DNA of 64,000 bases, taken from contig CM060731.1 in the NCBI GenBank assembly GCA_030704615.1, forward strand, positions 71,424,001 through 71,488,000, read 5' to 3'. This document shows, piece after piece, positions 35,401 through 48,894 of the stretch. Under the pieces are notes generated by a model, which did not search any database, was not told the DNA's origin, and worked only from the letters and a program-made list of their open reading frames with translations. Origin of the DNA: Takakia lepidozioides. Its lineage: Eukaryota; Plantae; Bryophyta. Made by a program: the position numbers and the translations under genes. Within the stretch, counting starts at the first letter, position 1; every line of letters starts with the position of its first letter.

Positions 35401-37314
35401 TCACTGTTAGACCTAGAAGTTCTGCCAAGGATACTGTAGTGGGTTTCAAAGGTTTTGACAATGTCAACCATTGAAGTCATCACTGCACCCTAAGTAGTCT
35501 TCAGCGCTTGTTCTTGCTGACAGTTTTCAGCTTGTACAAACCTTGAAGGGCCAACCAGAATCTCTTGTCATTACCCCCATGGTCGTTTGAGTTTATTTCA
35601 CTGTATAGCTTGTCCCAGTATAAGTTCTTCTGAGACCTTACAAGCTGATTGATATCTTTGCGGATCTGGTAGTACTTGGCCCACAATTCTTGGTTGGTAT
35701 TCAAATTGCAGCACTTTTTATAGAGGGCTCGTCTCTCAGCAATCTTGAGTTTAATCTCATGGGTCCACCAATTAACAGCTCTGCCACAGACAATTAGTTT
35801 CCTCCCAATGATCTTGTCAGCCACAGAGGAGACAACTCTCCCAGGAATCCACTGCTCTTTTGACTTACATTTCTTGCATTGCCAGAGCGAGACTGAAGGT
35901 CTTGGAGCGAGTGGACAAAATGAGGGAGAGCCTCGTGCAAGGCCTGGACATACTCAGCCTTGACCTCTTCATTACGGAATTTTTATATGTGCCACTTCTG
36001 AATCGAACGTTTCACAGATCTCTTGGTGTTCGGAAGACACCTTTTGATCTCAGTCCAAACCAGGAAGTGGTCAAGGTACCAATATCAGTTCTGTCGAACA
36101 ACACACTGGCACTCTGGGGAAACAAATTTTTGTCCATTATGATATAATCCACAATGGAACGTTCCCCAGTTTGGGCTTTCTCACGAGTCCACTGCACTTG
36201 GTCTCCTTTTGACCTATTATTCAAGGTCAAAAGCTGAAGTTCTTCCAGACAGTTTATTAACCATCTACCATGAGAATTCAGCTTGTCCTCACCAAAAGGC
36301 CCAATGGTATCATCCTCATGAAGACCTTTGCCCACCCGGGCATTGAAGTCACCCAATAAGACCACCTGATCTTTGGCGAGGAACTTAGCACAGTCCAGCT
36401 TTACTTTTCTCTAGAGAGAGAGATGTGATGCCAACCGAAGCTAGCGCTAATAACACGTTCTGAGGACTTATACTTATATGTGACATTCATAGTAACATAT
36501 ATCATTGACCACCGTGTGCAACTTATTTGATTTCCAGTAAGGGAGAGGACTTGTTGACTCATATTTCCTATGGGACCTTGGGACCCCTTGTGGACGTTAT
36601 AAATTTTCTTGTCTTACTGTCGATCGATGCTGACTTGCCAATCAACTGTCATGTTCGCAGGCCCAAAAGTTTGCTGGAGTTGTAGATTCTTTGGCAGAGG
36701 AATATGTCCAGAGGATTCAAGCAGCTGACAGCCCGGAAGAAGCAGCCAGGCTCGGCCGGACCCTTGCCAGGCAACAGCCTCACCTGGTACACCTCATGCA
36801 TACCATACCTTGTTGCCCAAAATTTCCTGGATTAATAGTGCCCCAAGTCATGTCGTATGGATTTCAGGTACCCTAAGAAAGCGTTGAGGCATTTTTGCTA
36901 CAGCGTTGACTTGACATAAGTCTATAGAATATCAAGTTTTGCACATGTTTCCCTTGCAACTCTTTGCTGATCCACCATCTGACTAAACTTGCTGCGATCT
37001 CATGACACTTTGATGCCCCCCCCAAGTTACGACCAGACTGGGACTCTGCCAAGGTGACTGCAATGCAAATGGCTCTACGTGCCAAGTTTTCAACCTATCC
37101 TGCCCTCCGCTCACTGCTTCTGTCAACAGCTGGTGCAGTCCTACTAGAAGCATCACAACACGATCTATACTGGGGGGCTGGAAGAAGTGGGGCAGGCCAG
37201 AATAACCTTGGCCGGATGCTCATGCAGTTAAGGGGAGAATTTTTGTCAGAATCGCAAGGGGGAGCCATGGATGGTCACAGCAGGCTTGTTGCATCTGCCA
37301 CAGCAGTTGCTTAG
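29481..37314 (+). CDS. PYRR: Riboflavin biosynthesis protein PYRR (RibD-like deaminase-like + reductase + C-terminal NADAR domain), ~9 exons, start uncertain
   Basis: SAGLTAPHPNSGCVI, AYLNLEPGDC, KYAMTLDG|KIA, SDAIIVGGNTVRRD, LWECGG, AFVAPKIIGG, FYKAWDPYGALSNFSPH, SVEHYYQ|AQKF, RPDWD..ALRAKF, YWGAGRSGAGQNNLGRMLM. Confidence 0.92.
33292..36406 (-). mobile_element. 5'-truncated degenerate LINE (APE-RT-CCHC) in a PYRR intron
   Basis: VLLGDFNARVG, FLDVKTAYD, GVAQGCTLSPLLF, MFVDD, CPLCG..H; 11-bp TSD ttctctagaga at 33281-33291 and 36407-36417. Confidence 0.9.
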
Positions 37315-37639
37315 TTGGTGTTCTTCTTGACCAGTGTTTCTCTTTACAGCGGGTGTAACTGAGGCATATCTACAGTAGCACATTGCTTCCCCAGCCACAA
37401 AAAGGAAGGAGGACATGGGGTGTAGGTAACTCTTCCTTCTTTGTTGGCTCTTCGTTGCAGTGCCACCTTCCCAAGTAACACCTCCTTGGTTGTATAATAA
37501 CTGATGGAGAAGAAATGGATACCGTGGAACAGGATGAAAATTTATCAAGCTACATAGTGCATAATGATGAGTTTTTAAATGTTTTACTTGACGAAAGTAG
37601 GTGTTACTATTCAGGAGGAGACATTACACTTGTTTTTAA

Positions 37640-38423
37640 CCCTTAAAGGACTAGCTATTTTTTGGTGGGCCCACTAAAAAAGAGTATATACACTTATGGA
37701 TGGGGGTGTAACTTCTTACCCCCAATCATCCGCGGGGATGAACCTTACACTTATGTGCATATCTACTATGTACATGTCCTGTAAAAAATGTAGGCAAATT
37801 GATCATTGCATTTGGGAGATTATAACAAAATAACATGCCCCAATTTGTAAATATATTCAAAAATTGCATGCAAAAAATTGTTTGACCATAAAATTACAGT
37901 ATCGAGTTGAATCTTCCTAGACAAAGGCCCTCCATAATCTGATTATATGGCACCTAAACAACTGCCTCCCACAAAAATCAGACCAAGATTCCAGAAATTC
38001 AGATAGGCTGCCTCGTATGTGAAATCTGGGGGGGGGGTAAATTGTCATGTTTTGGCTTTCTTTCACAATTACACCCATGAGATGATATTTTTTTTCCAAT
38101 TCCTCTGGTAAGTAAGTGCCCAGTAACATTTCATAGTGCCCTGTCCAAAAAATTTGGGATTATGATAAATTTTCAGCACTAGATGTTACATTGAAGATTG
38201 CCCATTTGGCTGCCATGTAGGCAGGTCAATGGTGCTCTAACACTGGATTTTCTGACCCCTTGGCACTTTGAAAAATTCTATGGAGCAGAGCCTTTATGAT
38301 TTTTTGGAAATTCCCACACATGCTCCTCTCTGCCATCCACAATTCACATCCATCCACTATCATCCACTATCAAGTTGGAGGGTGGCAAAAAACTGACGCG
38401 ACCCGAAGACGGGTCCTTTAGGG
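37640..38423. mobile_element. piggyBac-like non-autonomous element (MITE)
   Basis: TTAA-cccttaaaggac ... gtcctttaggg-TTAA; no coding capacity seen. Confidence 0.7.
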
Positions 38424-38879
38424 TTAAAAGTGTGAGTTATGAACTCCTTCTAACATTGGCATTCAAAATTTGACTAGAAAAAATTGTGAATGGATGCATG
38501 GAGGTCTTTGAGTAATGATAGGATAGGATAAATATAAATTGGATGGACCTGACAGCCTGGGTGGCCACGTGGCCACCCCATCTCCAACGTGTGTCTGAAT
38601 GGAAAAAAATGATTTGGATGAGACCAAAAAGCAAGAAACGCTGCAGGAGCTATGGATGAGTAGGTCCGCAACTAGGGTGAGTTAAGAACTAGAGGCTAGC
38701 GCCTAGAGGAGTCAAAGGAAAGATGGGCTTTTGATTTGCCCTTCCTAAGGCACTTGTGGCGCCAGTTGACATCTGATTCTTCAGGCTCAGTAGATTTACG
38801 CTCGCTGATGGAACTGCCGACATGCCAGGAAGCCAGATAATCTTTGATTCAGAGGCTCTTATGCACAGTCTCTCGCTTT

Positions 38880-41765
38880 GCCCCTAGGAGTTATCAACCA
38901 GCGAATAGCTGCACTTGCCTTCTCGTTGAACATCTAGAAGCAGCGGCACATAAAACACGTCAGGCCTTTCTTGCTTCAGACATTAAGTCCGAGTGAACTT
39001 TATGCAACACTAGATTGGCACATGGTTGCACCGCCAAAAAAACAAAAGAACACCTGCACTTCCAAATGTTCCAAGGGTATGCGCTCTAAGAGCAGCCCAT
39101 ACCGGACAAGTGCTCCAAATTACCCGTCTATCCATGTTAAGAAGCAGCTGCACAGAATTAAGAAAAGAGAAGTCCGCATGTCGGGTCTCATAAAACTTGA
39201 TGACAACCCGCCACACGAAGGAACTCAAGGGGCACTCAAGCAGGCAATGCTCTATAGACTCAACACAATTCGAGCTACACAATGTGCAGGGAGAAGGAGG
39301 GTCCGGGATGAATGAGAACACAAGAAGAATACGGTTGACAATTTTCCAAACGAACCCACTGACTTTTGCTGCTCTATCTTTCCTCCACACTGTTGAATAT
39401 TTTATAGGTAGAGTTTAGAAGAGTAATGGGCCTATAGTTAGTGTCCGATCCCTCTCCCTTTTTTCAAAAATCAGAGCTATGATTCCTTGGGACAATTGAG
39501 AAGGCATGATGCCTTTACATAGAATGTCATTGGCCGTTAGCAAAAAGTCCTCCCCCACTTCTTGCCAGAGGACCTTAACCATTAAGCGACGAGAGCAGTT
39601 TTAGACCATTTCAACAAAAACTGGGCCCACCCTCACACGGGCCCTGTATCAGGGATGAACCGTTGCAAATTGTTCCGACCTGCCAGATGCACAACCACCC
39701 CAAAAATGGGCAAATTCCACCCTTGGATTTGAGATAATATAACATATGAAGATGGTACATTTGCTGCTCAAATTTACCTTTGACCAAGCCCGTGGGCTAT
39801 GTTACATGTTTGGTGGGTGAATGAAAGCCATATTCCATTGCTTGGATACATCCCAAAGCACACGTCAAAATTTCAGGTGAAATTGACAAGAATAAGGTGG
39901 GGTTGCTTTGTATGTGGATGGGGAGGGGCTCAAAATGGGTAATTTGCAAATCAGATGCTGGAGGTTCTAAAATTGTTGGCCAAATTGGAATGCCAACGGT
40001 CAGTGTGAGCATGCCTACATTGAGAGTACAGTGGCAAAAAATCAAACAAATTGGAGTAAAAATGGTGATAAGATGGAGGATTTCCTGCTTTTCCCGGCCA
40101 ACTTCAACTCCGGCATATGTTGCCGGATATGCCACCGTGAACGCATTCTGGGCCACTCCCTCATGTTTGCAGGGCCAAGTCATTCAAACCGCCATCATGA
40201 AAGGGTGAACATGCACCCGTGCCTCATCACCCCCACATGGCCCCCTGCTGCAAACCCCTGCCGGATTTTCCATAGGCGCCTGCCACGTCGCCAGTCAACC
40301 TACGTGGGCCCCCAATCCACCCAAAAGTGCAGACCCCCATGCTGGCAAAAATCGCTGACGGCACAAAAATAACTTTTTCCCCGGCGCAATCAAGGCGTGC
40401 GTGTAGAAGACATTGTGGCCTACATTATTCATTCAGGTTGGCCCTTCATCGGAGTTCATCCGGCGAAGCTACGCCTGGATGAAAGCGTGACGCAGCGAGG
40501 AAGCGACCCGATTCGGGTCGCTTCGTCGTTTAGGGGTTAAATTTGAAAGAGGCCAGAGCCTCAGTATCCTCCAGGAGCTCAACAGCAGAGAAGGGAGCAT
40601 CTAGGACTAGCAGATCGTCATTAGAAAAGATCCTAGGTACAGCTTCTAGCACAAACAGTTCTATGAGCGGATATAGCTTCTAAAGAGGACGGGCGAGAAA
40701 AGAGATCCGTGAAATAAGAGGCCGCAACAGAGGCCATGGCTTTTGGGCTTTCTTGGGGAATATTCATCCGGTCACGAAGTGAGCAGATGGAAGTAGGTGC
40801 CTGTCTCTGCTTGGACTTTTGAAAAAAATAAACGGTCATCTTTTTGCCTTGGTGGGACCAATTAACCCCCGCCTTTCTTTTCATATTGACCTCTTTGGCA
40901 GATCGGAGCTCTGCCAGATTTCTCTTGGCAGTATGAAAAAAATGCAAGGTGACTGGACCTATAGCACGAGTCTCCATGAGACAGTGAGAGATGCATTTAA
41001 GCAAGACTTTTTCCATCCTAGACTTGTCAAGGGCCATCGATCTAGAAAGACTTTGAGCCAAATTTCTAGCAGCAGCGAGCTTATGCAAAAATCCGGTGGT
41101 GGGAGAAATAAATGAGTTACCCGACTCCTTTCAAGCCCTAGCTAAATTTTGCACCATGAGGGGAGACTGGAGAAGTTGCGGATTTAACTTGAAAAAGCTT
41201 CTGCCTCTCCAGTTAAGCTCCGGAGGCTTGAGCTCAAGAGAAACCAACGCATGATCAAAATCAGAATGGGAGGGAGCAGAACCGGGGAGGCCCAAGTTGC
41301 AGCATTAGGGGAGCAATAAAATCTGTCCAACCTAGCCATGCAAAGATCTGGGGGGTTTCTATTATTGGACCAAGTGAATCTGAGGGACGAACGATCGAAT
41401 TGAAAAGAATCCGAGAGCCCTACAGAGAAATAGAGTCTGTCCCAAGCAGAATGTTCCTCCACAGAAAGAGGTTGTGAAGACGAACCCATCCTATCAGCTA
41501 AACAATCCACCATATTAAAATCTCCACCCAAGATCCAGTTGTTGACCTGCGGATTGTTTAGGATGTTAGTATGAATTGAGGTCCAAAACTCAATACGATC
41601 AGTAACCAAATTAGGAGCATAGATATTAATGAAAGCAGTGGAGCCGAATGTAGAGGAGGGCTTAGTGAAGACACATTGAGCTCTCCCTGGAATCTATGAG
41701 TACACTCTAAGGAAAGACAAAGCTAAGGAAGGAGCAATAAGGATGGCAGTGCCACCTCTAGCATC
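38880..41765 (-). mobile_element. Degenerate L1-clade LINE (APE, linker, zf-RVT; RT core largely missing)
   Basis: WILGGDFN, FTWSN..ARLDRFY, YFFQKSK, CTLC..ESIEHCLLEC; boundaries approximate. Confidence 0.82.
39579..40536. mobile_element. Second piggyBac-like MITE, inserted in the L1
   Basis: TTAA-ccattaagcgacga ... tcgtcgtttagggg-TTAA; excision restores an L1-like frame FKFKVLWQEVGED. Confidence 0.72.
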
Positions 41766-42063
41766 TATGATTGTCAATTTTAAGCTTCTTCTCTTCACTT
41801 TTGTGTTGGTTACCTTTAACACTTTTGGTTGAAAATATTTTGTTGTTATTTTGGGGAGTACATTCGAAGACCGGTTTCTTTGCTCACCAAAAGCACTAAT
41901 ATGGGTTGATGCATTAGTATTCTTCATTTATATATTGATATTACAAATATTCTTTAACTATTAAAGTTTTTAATGGTATGTATCGTTGCACTAGAGGGTT
42001 TTAATTTTTTTGTAATGTTGTTTATGAAAAAGGGGGATGGTGGCCCTCAAACTTTATTAAAAG

Positions 42064-42660
42064 TGTCGTGCGTATACATATTGCTACACACCTACATCGT
42101 TGTCCACAACCACACAACACATGTGCACATCAAACACTAGTCTATCACTAGTCCACCACTAGTGCACCACTAGGCTGCTACTAGACAACCACTAGTCCAC
42201 CACTAGGCTGCCACTAGCCACCACTAGTGCAGTCACTAGTCCATCACAATCGCCCCCCTAGCTGACGCTTAGGTCTCTCTAAGTCCAAATAGCCACAAGA
42301 TGTGATAGTGGTCATAGCCTCACTAAGTCCTCCACCATTGTCCCTACTACACTCAAACTTGATAGATCAAGAGGTCGGGTACAAGAGTTGCCCCATCGTT
42401 AGTCGCCGTCTTGCAACATGTGAACTTGAGCCTAAGATCTCGGGTATTGACTTCTATGAGCTTGGCCTCTCATGTCTTGTTAGCTGCCACTAGTCATATC
42501 CACTGTCACTATCCCAAACAGTGTGGACATAACCAATCTCCATCAGGAACCCTCACAAGAGGTGGTGTCAAGCATCCCATGTGCCAACCTCTTGAGCATC
42601 GATCACACACCAGCATAGTGGCAGCACCACGAGCGTGCCCACATAGCATGCAACACAACC
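42064..42660 (-). mobile_element. 3' end of Gypsy copy 3: PHD tail, 3' UTR, PPT, block B (42064-42248)
   Basis: CMLCG..CDRC..WLCPHC on minus; reverse complement of 53120-53650-type sequence; ends gcacgaca. Confidence 0.9.
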
Positions 42661-43244
42661 GAGTGCAGCTACGACGTGAGCCTAGCCACGTGAGCCCAAG
42701 AGCTCGGCTCACGCTTTGCCCTCTAAGCGTGAGCCCAGGGGTTTAGTGGAGGAAGAAGCAGGCCCCATACCCGAGTCATCTGTTTAGAGAGGGTCCTATT
42801 GTCGTGGAAGCAGTTATAGCGCTTAAAAAAAGAGGTATAGAAAGAATGGAATGGTCATTGTGAAACTTACTGAGGTTTTCTTATTGAAGAAGAGGTGAAA
42901 AAAAAAGGCTGGGTGAGTTGTTAAGTTATTTTACCACTAGTGTGAAACTAGCTAGGAAATAGCTAGCTTTTACATATTGACATTTGGGATTGGCCCAAGT
43001 GTCAATCCAGGGGTCAAGGCAGATTTAGGCCCTGGAGTGGTTATCTTCACGGCAAGCGCGGAGGCTCATCTTTCTCGAGTTGAGCCTCACCGCGCCTAGC
43101 TATGGCGCCGTAGTGTGGATTCCCCATGGCGTGGGGTGCACTTGGCTTGACTTGTATTTGAGTGATGAGGTTATATATGCATGAGTTTATGCTTCAGCTT
43201 TGTGAGCTCGCATGAGCTTGTGCTTGTATTCTTCTTCTTTATCA

Positions 43245-43260
43245 CTCGAGAAAGATGAGC
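43245..43260 (+). promoter_or_regulatory. Putative self-priming primer-binding site
   Basis: ctcgagaaagatgagc directly after the block A terminal CA is the exact reverse complement of 43064-43079; lacks the TGG of a tRNA PBS. Confidence 0.75.
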
Positions 43261-44769
43261 TCGTATCTGTGAGTGCCAGATACGAGTTAGTTGTAGCACT
43301 TGTGGTTTTTGCTTGAGAATGAGAGAAACCAAGTTGTTATGCAAGGAGCACCGTGGAGCTCTTGGTTGTTAGAAGCGGAGGCGATGTGGGTTACGAGGTG
43401 GTAGACCTTGGCATTCGATCTTCAGCTTCAGAGATGAAAGCACCATGCTGCAGGTAATTCCAGAGCACCTTGATGGTTTCAGATTGTGTACATGCATGAG
43501 CAAGCACGATTGGGAAGGACCAGTCAAGAGCAGGTTATAGTGGCTTTGGTGGCAAAGCTGAGAACTGGACTTGGGAATGCGAGCTTTCATTGTGTGAAGG
43601 ATTGCAAGACCAAGCGAAAGGGCTGATTTGGCTTGGGGCAAATCAGTGCACTTGTGGAGTATGGTGAGATTGGGTTTCAATCTCGAGCTTCAGCATTGAG
43701 AGGGCTCTTGTCATGGCAAGAGCAGGGCTGGAACAGGAGCTAAGAGGTGCGGCAAGGCCATGGAATGTGCACCTAGGGTTTCAGAGCTTGGAAGAAGAGC
43801 TCTTGCACCACAAGAGAAGTGTCTTGTGGCTGGAAATGTAAGCCTTAGGGTTTCAGGAGCTTGGCAAAGGCTGTGGAGTGCTTAGTCTTGTCTTAGAGAG
43901 CATCAAGGAGCCAAGGAGCCAAGATAGGGGGCTGATATCTCTTGTGTGAAGAGGTTGCATGTGTGGAGCATGTATTCAGCTCATTGAAGCTTCCATCTTC
44001 AAGCTTGGAGGGCAAGCAAGGAAGAGGGAAGGGCTGACTTCCCTTATGTGAGGGCAATGCATGTGTGGAGCATGCTATCAGCCTGGTGAAGGCTTGCACT
44101 TTCAGGTGTGGGAGTGCAAGAAAGGAAGGAAGGGGCTGGTTTCCCTGTAGGGCATGTGGAGCATGCTTTCAGCCTGCTGAAGCTTGTATTTTCAGGTTTG
44201 TGGGTGCAAGAAATGAAGCAAAGGAGCTGATTCTCTTATGGTGAGAGTGGGGCATGTGTGGAGCATGCCTTCAGCCCATTGAGGCTCTTGTTTTCAAGCT
44301 TTAGAGAGCTAGAACGGAAGGTCTAGGGCTGGTTTCCACTTGGAGTGAAAGAAAAGCACTTGTAGGGCCTATGTGAGTTGGGGTTTCAACTTCAAGCTTG
44401 AAGGGAGCGCAACTCTTGAAGCAGCAGGTGTAGGGGCTGGAATAGGCTCTAAGACAGATGCTATGGCCAAGGAGAGTGCTTGAATGAGTGCTCACAAGGG
44501 CTGGGAACCAGCAGGGCTTGGTTGTTTTTGCCATTGAGTTTAGTGGCGTGTTTGGGGAGGCTAAGTGAGAAAGAAGGCTTGGTTTGTGGCAACCACCTCA
44601 TGGCTTAGGGCTACTATGGTGGTGTGTGGGAGCCGAAAGAGCAAGAATACCTTGCTGATTTCCTCACAGCCGCCATAGCTCGGTGGAAAGAAGCCTAGAG
44701 TCCAAGAGACACAAACCCTAGCTTGGCGTGGCTAAACCCCTTGGAAATGGCTAAACTGCCAGAGCGGCC

Positions 44770-45320
44770 ATGGATGGGGCCAGGGGCTGGATGGCCTGGG
44801 GCTGTGACGGGCGTGAGGGCTGACGGGCTGTGATGGGCTGTGACAGGCTGTTGGCCTGGGCTGTGGGAGGCCTTTGGGCTGTGACGGGCTGTGAGGGGCT
44901 GTGACAGGTGCCTGTGGCCTTTGGGGCTGTGAGGCTGTGAGGGGCTGTGATGTGGCACGGGCTGTGGGCTGTGACAGGCTGGTGGCCTGTGGGGCTGTGA
45001 GACTGTGAAGGGGCTGTTGTGTGGGGCTGGATGTGACCGGGGCTGTGACAGGCTATGGCCTTTGGGCTGCTGTGAGGGGCTGTGACAGGCCGTGTGAGGC
45101 CTTTGGGCTGTGACGGGCCTGTGAGGGCTGTGGGGAACCTGTTGGCTGTGTGACGGGCTGTTGTGACAGGCTGTGCCTGATGGGCCTGTTGGTCTGTGCT
45201 GTGGAGACTGTGTGTGACAGCTGTGCCCAGTGGCCTGTGGGACTGTGACGGCTGTGACCAGTGAGCTGTGTGGGCCTGTGCTGGTCTGTGGTGGCCCGTG
45301 TTGACCTGTGGACGGCCTGT
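44770..45320 (+). repeat. GGCTGTG(A)-rich simple repeat in the Gypsy leader
   Basis: Dozens of ggctgtga/ggcctgtg motifs. Confidence 0.9.
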
Positions 45321-45989
45321 GCTGACTCGTGGAGGCACTGGTGGACTGCCTAAGGACTGGCATGTGGTCTGGAAGCCGAATTTTGAAGCTCGTGGAGGGG
45401 TTGAGGAGTATCTTCATGATATCCATGGTCATGCAAGTGAGGAAAGAGAGGAGAGGAAGAGTGTTGGGATGAGGGCATGCTGGGGTTAGGCATTGCTTTA
45501 GCTTCTCTTCCTCGTAGTTTCCACCCTCTCATTAGGCCAAGACCTTTCCGTAGGTGGAGGCAAGAGTCAGTCCGGGTTTGGGCTGGGGTGTCCTTGCAGG
45601 AGCAACACCGTGGAGTTGTTTTTGGTGTGGGGGAGTTGTCGTTCTGATTTCTTGTGTTTGGATCCCCTCCATACCTGCATGCTTGACTGTGCGCCATGCT
45701 AGTTTTGTGTGGGCGCTTGTTTTTATAGGTGATTGGTCCGGATTTGATCACCGGCCAGTCCTAGAGCATGCTGTCGATGGTGAGGCTGGGGTGATGACCA
45801 GCCAGACCATCATTGTTTCTCCTGTGGTGAGGTTGGAGGTGATGACCAGCCAACCATAGGAGTGCTTGCGGTGGATGCAGGTACAGGTGTAGGCTATGTT
45901 AGGAACTTAGTATTCCAAACCATAAGCCGCAACAGGTTCTCTACCCGGTTACCTTGTGGAGAGGGGGTTAGGGACATGTTCATGACCGG

Positions 45990-48500
45990 TTGAGTGTCAA
46001 CACGGAGGTGCCACTAGTTGCTGGGGACAGTGCCGGTTCGAGCACTAGCGATACTAGTGGGTACACGAGACGAGGTGTGCGGTTTAGGCCACCTTCACCT
46101 CCTGTGTCTTCGGAAGGTTCTGATTCGGATTGTGAATCAGGAGGACTCATACCGGCGGTGCAAGTTGTTTCTTTGCCATTGTTGTGGGACACAATGGAGG
46201 AGATGTATGGAGCTACCAAGGGGCCACGAAGGTACTCTGGGGCGGTGGGCACCATCGAGTTGGATGATTTTATCCAAGAGTTTGATAGTTGGTGTGATTT
46301 GCAGCAAATGCGCAATCCACAACTATTTACGCCTTTCATGGCATGGAAAGGGCTGTTTCAGCACCTTGAGGGGCCGCCTATGGATGATTACCATGAGTTC
46401 AGGCGGGGGCATGAGGTTGAGATCGAGGAGTGGAGGATGTACTGGTCACCCGACTATGTCTCCATCACTAGGGGCACTAGAGCCACGAGGGCAGTGGCTA
46501 CACCTGCCGCTGCACCGGCAGCTTCAGCAAGTAGCAGTAGTGGACTGGTGGTACAGTAGCTACGACGTCCACCCAAGCCACTACCGCACCAGCACTAGCA
46601 CCCGTGCCTGCCTTCAACCCTGTTGGAGTTCTTCGAAGAGTTGAGAGGGAACTACCAAGGGGTGAGGACAGAGAAGTTGCGGAGCTTGCAAGAGTTCCAA
46701 CGGAAGCCGACCGAGAGCTTGAGGGAGGCTTTCACTCGCATGAGGCGCTTGATAAATGTAACCCAAGGGGTTACGGAAGCTCAGGCAGTCCAATTCTGGT
46801 ATGGGATATTGGACAAGGAGCTGAGGAGAAGGGTGCGGGATGCAACTCTCCTACAAGCGGCCCAACCCACCTTAGCAAATGTGTTTTTGCTGGCAGAGCG
46901 GATAGAGCTCAACATGGTGGAGGAACGAGTGGTCATGGTGGATTTGCTAAGGAGACACCACGGGGTAGTGGTGCTCCTAGCCAACCACTACCTCAACGTG
47001 CTCAAGGCAACAAGGGGGCTCAGGTGAAGCTCAGGGAAGGGCAGAGAGGACCTCAGATGCAGGGGTCTCTCCCTTCATTTGCTGGCCAACAACGGGCGGA
47101 TGTGGTGTGCTGGACATGTGGGACCCCATGTCAAGAAGGATTGCCCAGAGGGAGGCAAAGGGCGGCACATGCACAGCCTGCACAGTTGCAGTGTGGGCAT
47201 TGTGGCAAGCACGGGCATGGAGAGGCCCAGTGTTATGGTTTGCATCCTGAGTTGCGCCCAGGCCAGTTCCAAGGGAACAATGGTGGCCGGGGGCGAGGTG
47301 GAGCAGCCCAGAGAGGACGAGGTGGCCAGCCACGAGGCCCAAGGGCAAGCTCAATGGCCAAGGACGCGGAGGTCAGGGTGTTGACCAAGGCATGGCCAAC
47401 CGGCTTCAGCAGCTAGAGCAGAGGCTCGCTGCCATGGCTACAGCTCAGGTGGTACCGGCTCTAAGGCCGGATGGTCCACCTCCTGCTCCTGAGGGAGGAG
47501 AATATGGGAGGCATGGGATTCATGTGTGGAGCAGCACTACCACTAGTGCAGGTGGAGTCTGCTGCAGCCGTGACTCGAGGAGCAGCACGAGTTCCTGAGC
47601 CACGAGGTGCAGAGGTGGAGTTGGATCCACAGCGTGGGGAGGCAAGCCGTCAGGCTAGGCTTCCTCAGTCATTCACATTGGCGGAGACAGTGTCGACGCC
47701 ATCCATGGCACCTAGTTCTCGCCCGACTGTTACCGAGGCGGAGGTTACTATGCCATTGGGGAGAGCTACACGGGTAGCACCACTACCTAGTGTTGCCAAG
47801 GCTACGGCAGCTAGTGTGCTGCTAGGAGCGGCCACATCTGTGTGCCAGGCTCCATTGTTCTCGGCTACCATGATTGCGACGCCGGGGTAAGACCAGCTGA
47901 GGTGTTCAGGCTGGCAGCTACACTCTGTGAGAGTGGGGAGGTTACTTCATCTTCTGCGGAGATAGTGGGAGGTGTAGTGCCGGAGGGATCCTCGGATTTG
48001 AGGGTCAAGACTGCCACGGCGGCGCCATGGCAAGCTGCAGCTGCCAGGTTGATGGAGCTGCCAGCTAGGCCAGCCATTGAGCGCGCCATGGTGACACCTG
48101 GAGTTGTCATGTTAGACAACCAGGATGGCATTTTCTGTTTGAGTGGACCGGCAGGCAAGAGGTACCGGCCACTGCGGGTCTTGTTGGACTCGGGAGCTCA
48201 GCCATGATGCTGGGCAGAGCTGCTATTGCAGGCTTGGGCCTCACGGAGGCGGATATGGAGCCTTGTCCTTTCCAGATACAGACGTCTCTGGGAGGATCGG
48301 AGCAGGCTCGGGGCATGACACGGCGTGAGTTGGCTATCAGACTACGGCCGGATCACCCTACAGATGGCTCAGTGATGCGAGCCAAGGCCATTGTGACAGA
48401 CGCGTCTCATACGATGTCCTGGTTGGTGGGGGCAGTGTTGTACCCCATGGGCTTCACCCTGGATTTTTGGGAGGAGTCAGCTTCCTATAGGCCTGCATGG
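45990..48500 (+). pseudogene. gag (zinc knuckles) and aspartic protease, frameshifted
   Basis: FQRKPTESLREAFTRM..FWYGIL, CGHCGKHGHGEAQC, VLLDSGAQP. Confidence 0.85.
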
Positions 48501-48894
48501 CAGTCAGGGGAGGGCCGGCGTGTGCAGCTCCCTGTGACGTTCATAGGAGGAGTTGCGGTTGCCCAGCGAGGCAAGATGCCGACACTAGCAGCATTCACAG
48601 CGGCAGTGAGTTGGCCTAGAGAGTTGCTTGAGGGCAATGCTCATTCAGAGGATGTACCACCTCCGGGAGAGCAGGATGACATGTATGGTATGGCGGAGTT
48701 GCCTACCATGGTTGCTCAGACTCCATTGTGGGGCACGAGCAAGGATTTGCAGCGGGATGCTGATCGACGGGTGCAACAAGCCTGGGTGGAGGCTTTTGTA
48801 CCGTCAGGAGAGGAGGAGAGTGTGGGGATTGCACCAGGACCACCTCAATTGTCTCCATTGGACACCACACCTATTGTGTGGCAGTATCCGGATG

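Noticed and set aside
44695-45432. 245-aa and 195-aa H/S/P/Q-rich minus-strand ORFs
   Set aside because: Stop-free reading of the GGCTGTGA simple repeat
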